Part shown: positions 54,950 through 64,000 of the stretch, piece after piece | Layout: each line of letters opens with the position of its first letter | Numbering within the stretch: position 1 is the first letter of the stretch | DNA from: Octopus vulgaris | Lineage: Eukaryota | NCBI GenBank assembly: GCA_951406725.2 | Contig: OX597814.1 | Span: 52,886,001 to 52,950,000, forward strand | DNA length: 64,000 nucleotides | Direction: 5' to 3' | Program-made: the position numbers and the translations under genes | The notes under the pieces: generated by a model | What the model saw: the letters and a program-made list of their open reading frames with translations, nothing else | The model's database searches: none | Told to the model about the DNA's origin: nothing

Positions 54950-55430
54950 GATGTACAATGTCAGTGTGCACATATGACAGAATGCAAGCATCTTGAGAGA
55001 AAAATTGGGCATAAGAGGCAACAGACGTGGTGTGCAAGGGAGAAAACTGTACCAGTATGGTCATATTATGCATATGGACAAGGACAGCTGCATAAAAAGA
55101 TGCTGATCTCTAACTGTCGAAGGAACCTGTGGAAGAGGTAGACCCAGGAAGCCATGAAATGAGGTGGTGAAGCATGATCTTCAGATTTTGAGTCTCATGG
55201 AAGTGATGACAAGTGATTGAGACCGTTGGTGATATGTAAAAGGCACCCGTACTGGTGACACATAAAAAGGTACCCACTACACTCTTGGAGTGGCTGGCAT
55301 TAGGAAAGGCATCCAGCCTTAGAAACCAAGCCAGATCAGACAGGAGCCTGGTACAGCTCTCTGGCTTACCAGTCCCAGTCAAACCATATAACCCATGCTA
55401 GCTTGGAAAGTGGATGGTAAATGATGATGA
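54950..55430 (+). mobile_element. RTE-clade LINE 3' fragment
   Basis: Homologous to 4225-5000 (YQYGHIMHMDKDSCIKRC..GRGRPRKP), with a (GAT)n tail. Confidence 0.75.
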
Positions 55431-55895
55431 CGATTATTGCCATCACCATTACCATCACAGCCACCACTGACCATAACTACAGAATGATTAACCTCATCAT
55501 ATTTACCATATCACTTTTGGCCATTGCAATAAATAAAATAACACATAATCAATGTTGTTGTTGTTATCATTACCACCATCCTCCATCACTATCATCATAC
55601 CACCACCAGGAACACCACCACCGCCTCCATGATGATCGTCATTATCATCACTTCCAGCATCCCTAACATTACTGCCATCATCAACATAACTATCTACTTT
55701 AAAATCATGCATTTAAAATATCATCACCAATATCATCTACTTCCACTGATACTATCATTGTTATTATCATTGCTATTCTCATCATCATCTGCTTTCTCTT
55801 GATGGTTACCAATATCATTGTTGTTGTCATTATTTTCACCCTCTTCACTTTCATAATTATTACTATGACCATCACAATCATAATAGTCACAATAA
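55421..55895. repeat. degenerate (CAT/CAC)n low-complexity tract
   Basis: Directly visible. Confidence 0.85.
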
Positions 55896-58800
55896 TGTCT
55901 GTAGTTATTGAGAGAATGCTGACTGTTTAATTTGTCTATTTATTTATTCTATCATTCACTTATATGTTAAGGAATGCCCAAAGCAGACAAAACAGCCATA
56001 ATGTTTGAGACAGCTGGAATAAGCAGTTCGTTATTGCAAAGAAGACAAAAACCAACCCTCAATCATGGCACTAAAGATTGGTTTAGCTTTACCACTTCTT
56101 GTATCTATTGTTCTTGAATTCTCACAAATGACTGTTTCTATTGCTAGCTGAGGACAGGAAGGTTTTCGCTTAGCAACAATATTAGATCTTTGTAATGATT
56201 TGCTGTAAGTGCTTTGTTAAACAAAGTTGTATGTTTAGTGTAAACACATGAGACTGAAAAAGAAGATTTAGACTTTGCATCTATTTACAAGCATGTGTCT
56301 GCATCTGTATGTATCTGTATCCATGTCATGTGTTTACAATTATCATGATAAAAAATGGTTTTGTGTACAAATATGTAACTTAGCAATTTGATATTGATTA
56401 ATAAAATAACTACCAGAGTAAAAAAAGTATTAGGATCAATATGATCAATTGAAAACTCTTGAAAGTTATTCACCTTCTTGACCACAGTCCAGTGATTCAA
56501 ACCAGTCATTTACTTATCATTTTGTCTCATATACACTCATTCTCTTCTCTCTGTTCCTTCATTTACTTTCAGTCCACAAAATATTTGAACTTATTTCTAT
56601 TATAAAAATGCAACCTGTCTGTCTCCATTTCCGTTATAAAATATTTTTTTGCTAGCCAAATGAATAAGGACAGTAAGTGTTCATCACAGATTGGTGAGAT
56701 TAATGTAGTTGATGTAAAACATTTGGAGGTCAATATTTGCAGAAAGAATGGTCAGGTAAGAAATTTCAGGTGTTTGCTGTCTTAGGAAAGAATTGAACAA
56801 AGATTTTAGTTTAGAATACAGAAAATGAAACACAGGCACCGTAAGAGTGAGAGAAGAGTAAAGCTCAAGGGGTTGGGTGTATCTGGATAGAAAGCACATG
56901 CAGTTAGTTAGTTCAGAAGAGTCGAGGCTATTGTAATATCAATAAAAGAAGCAAAGAAATTGAAACTAGACATTTGTGAGCAAGTTAAAGTGTGAATCAT
57001 TGTCAAATTGAGAATGTGATTGCAGCATCACCATCATACCATATATATATTCAGTACTCCAATATGGTTCATACTTGAGCTTTCTAGAAGTTGAACAACT
57101 GATCAGGCCTGAAGTATTCCCTGGCTTTAGAAAGAAATCCTAGTCTTTATGATGCAATTTTTTGTGATTTTGTATATGTGGGTTTCCTATGAGCATAATC
57201 TACTTGCCATTTTTATTGCTGCACTTATGTCCATTTTTCTATGCTGGCATAGATATTATCATCAAAATTTTATATTCATTTTCCCAAGCTGCCATGAGCT
57301 AAGTGGCATCACAGTCCACTTCATCTTGCACATACAGTAAGAGAAAATTGGCTTGTGAGGAATTCTATATGTGGTTGCTCATTCTACTAGAATCATACTA
57401 TACAACATAAGGAAATGAAAGAACACATTGGACACAATGTAGTCTGACATACTCCTAAAAAGACAGGCTGGTTATGGCTAGAATGCATTTAATTGCAAGT
57501 TCAGTCAGATAGTCAGGGTTGATCAGGAGCTAAACAACATCTGGTCAAGTAAGGCATTATGTATGTCTTACTGTAGTACTAAATAGGTTGTTCCATGTGA
57601 AGAAAAGTACAAGTCATCTCTGTCTGGTATCAGTTTTTATTTAAAGTTACTATCCTTCTAGACTGGTAACTAGCAGTGCAGCTTTCAAAGTTCATGTCCT
57701 GCTCATATGTTCCTTTGGACATGTTTTCTATGGTGAGATACACTTCCTATCAACAACCACATTAAACAATAACTGTATAAAAGACTCAATATGTAAGAAG
57801 AATAAATAAATTCTTTTTTGTTTTTTTTGCAGTTTTGACAACTAATCTTTGCCCACTGAAACTCTTTAAACTGCAATGAAACATTGAATGCTTGTTAAAC
57901 AATACCGTGAGGTAAACCATACAATCTGAGTGATTATCTGTGCTGACTTTTAATACCTTCATTTTTTGCATTATAGAGGTGTGTATTCTGGGTATGCTGG
58001 GCAAGTGCTTGCACACACACAAAAGATGAGAAATTCATCATAGATATTAAATTCACTCAATAATATATTCATGGATCATAATAGGAAACTAATCTTATTA
58101 ACAACCTCTTATTATGTGAAAGTGGAATGCTAAAAATAACAGACAGTCTAACAAAGATTGGAAAAGTCATTTCAAGTGTTTCTATAAAAGAGTTATAAAG
58201 CCGTATGCAAATGATCCAACTGTGTACTAACAAACATGTGTAAATCTACTGTAACAAATTATGATTGATGATAGTTGAATAAACACAAATCTAGATTAAA
58301 CATATTTATGAAGTTTTGGCCCAAGTTACAGAAGGTGAAAAGTTTTAAGTTAAATATAGTATGAAAATGATATGTCACAGCAGTAAATTGGTAGATCATG
58401 AAATTGTTCCAATAACACTGATAGTAAAGAGAAAGTATTTTGTAAAGTTAAGTTACATTGAGCAAAAGCATGAATCTAATCTAGAATATTATTGGTGTGG
58501 CTTTGCGTGATGAATTAATTGTTAATTACTCATTAACAATTTATGAATTAACTGTTATAAGCAAATGAGAACTAATATGCTTAACTTTGATGTAATTTTC
58601 CTATAAACACCAAACAATTAATTTTTTTAAAGATAATCCCTCTTATATAGGCAACTGACAAAAGTCCTTATAATCATTATCATCATCATCATTTAGCATC
58701 TGCTTTTCATTCTTGTAGGAGTCAGACAGCTTGACTGAAACTGGTAAGCTGGAGAGCTGCACCAAATTCCAGTCTGATTTGGCATGGTTTCTACGGCTGG

Positions 58801-58989
58801 GTGCCTCTCCTAATGCTGGACACTCCAGGAGTGCCACCATAAATGATAATTTTTTAGCAATAAATAACATTTATATGAAACAAATTGTATACTGTCAAAA
58901 CGTGTTTGCTTGCTTATCATTTAACTTGACTTCTAATTTGCCATTTCAAATGGCAAATTAATTTAGCTTTAGCTCCCTTTGTCAAAAGA

Positions 58990-59880
58990 GTTACAAGAAC
59001 ATTTATTCAGTAATGAATGATGGAAATACAAGCTCAAAACACTATTAGCCACTCCACCTTGAGGAGTTAAGAAACTTTGTACTACATATTTTCAGCAAAT
59101 AAAAGATCCAAATGCTATAGCTTGGAGAATATTTGAAAGACTGGGAAAGGAGTTGACTCTTTATTAGAAGCAACAATCCAAACCGAAGATATGAGATAGT
59201 GCAATTTTTTGAAGTACATGATTGATTTTGTTCTTTTTTGGAGGGGAAACCTGGTTTAGCATTTGGCAGATCATCACACTGAATAGTAAATCAAGCAATG
59301 AGAACTTATCTGATCTAATAGAACTGATTTCAATTTAAGATTCTACTTTCCAAGAGCATGTGCTATAGATACAGAATACCAAGAAAAATGTGAATACCTT
59401 TAAGTTCAGAACTTATTTTATGGGTCACAGAATGAATTTAACTCAGAATGTTCTAATCTTGTGAAGGAGTATATTTTACTGGAAAGGAGATCTTCAAAAT
59501 ATTTCACTGACAGTTATTTTGGCTGCAATCCCTTAACTTTTCATGTGTTGAACAGACAAAATTTCTGTTGAGGTAAATTAATACAAGATTTTTTAAGTTC
59601 AAGAATGCAGCAATAAACAAAGGGAAGAAGATAGGTCAGTTAATCATGAACACTTTGGAGAATCATGCCATTCCCCAGAGTAATTGCAGAGCATAAGCAC
59701 AGAGCAATGATAATAACATAGCAAGGAAGTACAATGGTGTCCAAGTAAAAGTATTACGGCTGTGTTCAATAGTTATTTGTTCCCTGTGTGGCTATCATAC
59801 TATCAATTTGTGTGAAAACAATACAGCTGAATGCATATTGGAAATCATAACATATTGGAACAATTTGAAACAATTTAAAA
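58990..59880 (+). mobile_element. decayed hAT transposase fragment
   Basis: CRA*AQSNDNNIARKYNGVQVKV..SLCGYHTINLC matches the hAT CRGQxYD..GxYxGVQ..CxxHxLNL region. Confidence 0.7.
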
Positions 59881-60843
59881 CTTGTTTAGTTCCAGCTAAT
59901 GGGAATTACTTTAAATCTTTAGCATTCAGATTATTCTGTCCAATGAAATGCTTATTTATTCACATTATTTTGAATTAATCATGCATGGTTTCATAATTTT
60001 AAGACTTTGATGATGTGATTGCTTATTTTTAGAATGACATTGTAAGGTAGGAAAGAGATACTGGATCAGGCCAGTTTAAACATAAAACAGGTAGAATATT
60101 TGGGTTGGCTATGGCCAATTTAAAAGCTAAAGGCTTAAAATTACATAGCATGTCATATATCATTCTCACTGCACTGTGTACATAGTTAAGACACTTCACT
60201 TTTATGATCTTGACTGTTTTATTAGTAAATAAGTATCATAGTGGGAATACATCTTTGCAGTAAGCACAGGAATACTATAAAGTTGAGTTTATCATCCATT
60301 TCATGGACCAAATTTACCTTTTCCTGTAAGTATGGAATAGAATAATCTTAGTTATGTTGACTTATTTGAGATACAGTAAATGAAGATAAAGTCTTCACTG
60401 TTGCTCTGGCAACACAATGAATTATGGGATTCGGCACTATTTGCCAGCTTTTAAAATTGTAACATCCATTAATTACTTCAAGTAATGTTGATGTGTTACA
60501 ACAAATAATCTGGCTTGCAGGTAAGTTTGGCATATCTTTTATGTTATAGATTAAAATATATAAATGCAACTATCACATTCATAATATGTTTGGAAAATAT
60601 TGCTAGCAGTATTTTAAAATTTAGGAACTATATTCTTAGGGTGTCTTATTCATTTCTCTCTTCCCCCACCTCTGATTGCATGCCATTATATATTTTAAAT
60701 GTAAATAATTATCTAAGAAAAATATTTTTGGAATAAGTGAACCAAACATGCAGTTAACTAATGCTGTTAAATGGTAACAAGAGTGAGGAAAGGAATGTTG
60801 CAATATTCTCATCAATAAACAATCAAAGATTTTTTATCATTAA

Positions 60844-61064
60844 CCCTTTGGTGTTTGCATTATTCTGCCAAAATTAATCCTTTTTTATCGACATTGTTTT
60901 GAACTAATCATGCATTATCTTGTAGCTATAAGATTTTGATGATGAAGCTGTTAATTTTTAAAATGATATTGTAGGGTTGGTGTGAGAGACCAGATCTGGC
61001 CAGTTTGAACATAAAACAGGCAGAATACTTTTGGCCGGATATGGCCGGTTTAAATGCTAAAGGG
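60844..61064. mobile_element. piggyBac-like MITE (family 2, ~220 bp; about 7 copies in window)
   Basis: TTAA-CCCTTT ... ATGCTAAAGGG-TTA. Related copies at ~19689-19908, ~32833-33010, ~34216-34434, 41865-42084, ~59914-60134 and ~62025-62230. Confidence 0.8.
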
Positions 61065-64000
61065 TTATATCTTAAATATATAGTAGTTAACTAAGCTAAT
61101 TGTTTAGTTTGGTGAACATGATTACAATGAGACAGAAAAGTTGGCAGATGAATAAATGGACACTCTCCATGCCTACACATATCTACCATAGCCCCAGCCG
61201 CTAACCACTCCAATTTCTCTTATCACCACTTGCTACAGTCACTTCTTCCCTACTTCTAAACATTTCCCCTCACATTCTTATGAAACACCACCTATCCCCT
61301 CTATACAACTTATGTTCACCCCCCACAGTACCTTGTATGTCCTGATACATTTCCATCACCATCTATTTCTCTCTCTTTCACTCTGTCTCTCTCAATTTTT
61401 CACTCTGAATCTCTCTTTCCTTTCTTTTCTTTTCCAACTGGGTTAGCCAAGTGCCTCCTCTATAGTAAGTATCTTTCTATTATACTTTAACTGCTCAACC
61501 AGCACAAAGCCACCACCTTCAGCATCACTTGCTCTTCCAGTTGGGGGGTCTATTTTCTTGCAAGTTACAGGGCAACCCCACTGATGCTAGTGCCACACAA
61601 AAAGCACCAGTGGTGGTGTCACATAAAAATCACCCAGTACATTTTGTAAAATAGTTGGTGTTAGGAAGAGCAATCGAGTATAGAAACCATACCAAAGTAA
61701 ACAACAGAGTTTGGCACAGTTCTCTGACTTGCCAGCTCCTGTCAAACCATTCAAACCCATGCCAGCATGGAAAATGGACATTAATTGATGATGATGATGA
61801 TGATGATGACATAATACAAACATAAACAAAACAAAAACAAAAAAATAAAAGTTGAGCAACTGCTTAGACTAGGTCAAGGCAGTTGCTTGTCATCACATTG
61901 TTTTGACAAATGTGTTTGGAGAGAGGCTGGATTGAAAATGCTTGCAGGCTACACTGAATGAATTTTTTATCAGAATTTTTTTAAATGGTGTATGTTGTAA
62001 TGAAAGAACCACTGCATATTCAGCCCTTTAGTAATCAGATTATTCTGTCAAATGTAATGCTTATTTATTCACATTGCTTTGAATTTATATTGCATTATCT
62101 CATTGCTTCAAGATTTTGATGTTTATTTTCAGAATGACATTGTAGGGTTGGTGTGAGAGGTTGGATCAGGCCAGTTTGAGCATAAAACAGACTATTCAGG
62201 CCAGATATGGCCAGTCTAAATGCTAACAGGTTAATGAGGTAAAACTTCATTTGTGACATGTATGACATGGCAAGTAGAAATGGCTTAAAGCATTTTTTTA
62301 GCTAAGCTAAATGGGAATGATTGTGGCTTTGAAGTAAACTTATGTAGTACTGGTCACATTTACACCAATATTTACTTGCATGCTTCCTTCATTGAACAAG
62401 TAAACATTTTATGCCCATTCCTCCTTTTCTTAGAAACAACGTTTTATGTGAAGCATGGCCTTAGTGGCTAGGGCATTGTACTTATGATCGTGAGATCATG
62501 GTTTCAGTTCCTAGAATGAGTGGTGTGCTGTGTTCTTAGCATAACACTTCATCTCACATTGCTCTGCGATCACTTCGACACTTGATGTGTGGCACACTAT
62601 GCACATCTTCAGGCAGCATTGATTTGATGGAGGGAGTGAGCTAATGTACAGCACATACATTTGATCATTATAAACAAATCATTTGTACAGTTTGGCAAAA
62701 AAGCTGAACATACATACATCATCTTTGATGGGAGAGACTGTCATTAGAACAACGGTATATGAGATGTTTTAGCTTGTGTCATTCCATTCATTTAGGAAAG
62801 TGAAAACTTTTACTGCATAAAATATCATACTTGGGGAAACTTTCATTTTTTACTAAGTGAAGGAATCTCAAGTTCTTTTCTTTCTTTCCTTTTTTTATTT
62901 TGCTTCTTCCCAACCACATGGTTCTGGGTCACTCCCACATGTGGCACCTCAGGCAAGTGTCTTCTATTATAGCCCTGGGTCAACTAAAGCCCTGTGAGTG
63001 GTGTGAATGAATTTGGTTGACAGAAATTTTGTATGTGTGTAGGTGTATGTGTGTATGTGTGTGTCTTTGTGTTTGCCCCCTGTCACTGCTTGACAATTGA
63101 TGTTGGCTTATTTCATCCCTGTAACTTTTGCATTTTGGCAAAAGAGACCAAAATAAATAAGTACCAGGTTTAAATAATAAGTTCAGGTATTGATTTGTTT
63201 GATGGCTGCAGTCCAATAACTGAAACAAGTAAAAGTAAACAACAAAAAAATGACTCTTCCCAGACACATGAGAATAAAACATTGCTTTATTTGAAGCCAC
63301 TATGAAAATAAAACTTTTACCCTATTTTTCAATACTGAAATCTATTGTTTGTTAACCATAGATAGATGAAGAATAGAAAGATTTTCTTTTTATGCTATAC
63401 CAACTATTTATGAAGTTAATGGTCTATTGTTTGCCAACTCCTGGTCTAGAAATTTTGATAGATAAGATAGATTGATAGACAAACAGACAAGTAGACAATT
63501 AAACTAGAAATTGAAATAAATAGATGGATAAACCAACATAAACAGATGGATAAACAATAAAAAAAAAATGACAGATTGATAGGAACATATAGATATACAG
63601 ATATGCAAACACACATACACACTCACACATACACATTATCATTATCATCATCATCAAAATCATCATTTAACATCCATGTTCTAGGCTGGCATGGGTTGGA
63701 CAGTTTAATAGAATCTGGTGGGCTCAAGGACTGCATTGTGCTCCAGCTTTGGCATAGATGCTTTTCTTATTGCTTTTTATCAGCTTTGGATGGATGCTTG
63801 TCTTATTGCCAACCACTTTACAATGTATAATGGATGCTTTTTCTCATACCACTGGCAGTAATGAGAACACCTTGCCGGTATGACAGAAGCTGGGGAGGAG
63901 GGAGCAGGCGTGTGATAGAGTAAGAGACAAATAGTGCCAATACCAACCATTCATAGTGATAGACACAATGTGGTCCAAAACAGCATCCAAAGGTTAGCTG

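Overview
This is eukaryotic, AT-rich, microsatellite-dense genomic DNA. The SINE and LINE families resemble those I recall from octopus, so a coleoid cephalopod origin is likely (inference, not a database result). Most of the window is intron of one minus-strand host gene, a MORN1-like MORN-repeat protein. Six phase-compatible exons can be assembled by hand (42490-42281, 41233-41143, 33468-33381, 26158-25948, 24013-23923, 12127-12048), and one intron needs a GC donor. The start and stop exons were not found. The rest is decayed transposons: Tc1 (IR/DR type), mariner, hAT, piggyBac-like MITEs, R4/Dong, RTE, CR1-like, L1/Tx1-like and CRE-clade LINE fragments, and several tRNA-derived SINE families, one forming same-orientation arrays. 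The most notable hidden signal is a set of type I hammerhead-ribozyme motifs in short non-coding elements with Penelope-like inverted architecture. There are six motifs from about five sequence families: two with intact canonical cores, one with a U3-A8 covariant core, and three with mutated cores. Two local templated inverted insertions and a recent ~0.5 kb duplication are also visible. Almost all ORF-track entries are translations of microsatellites or repeats.
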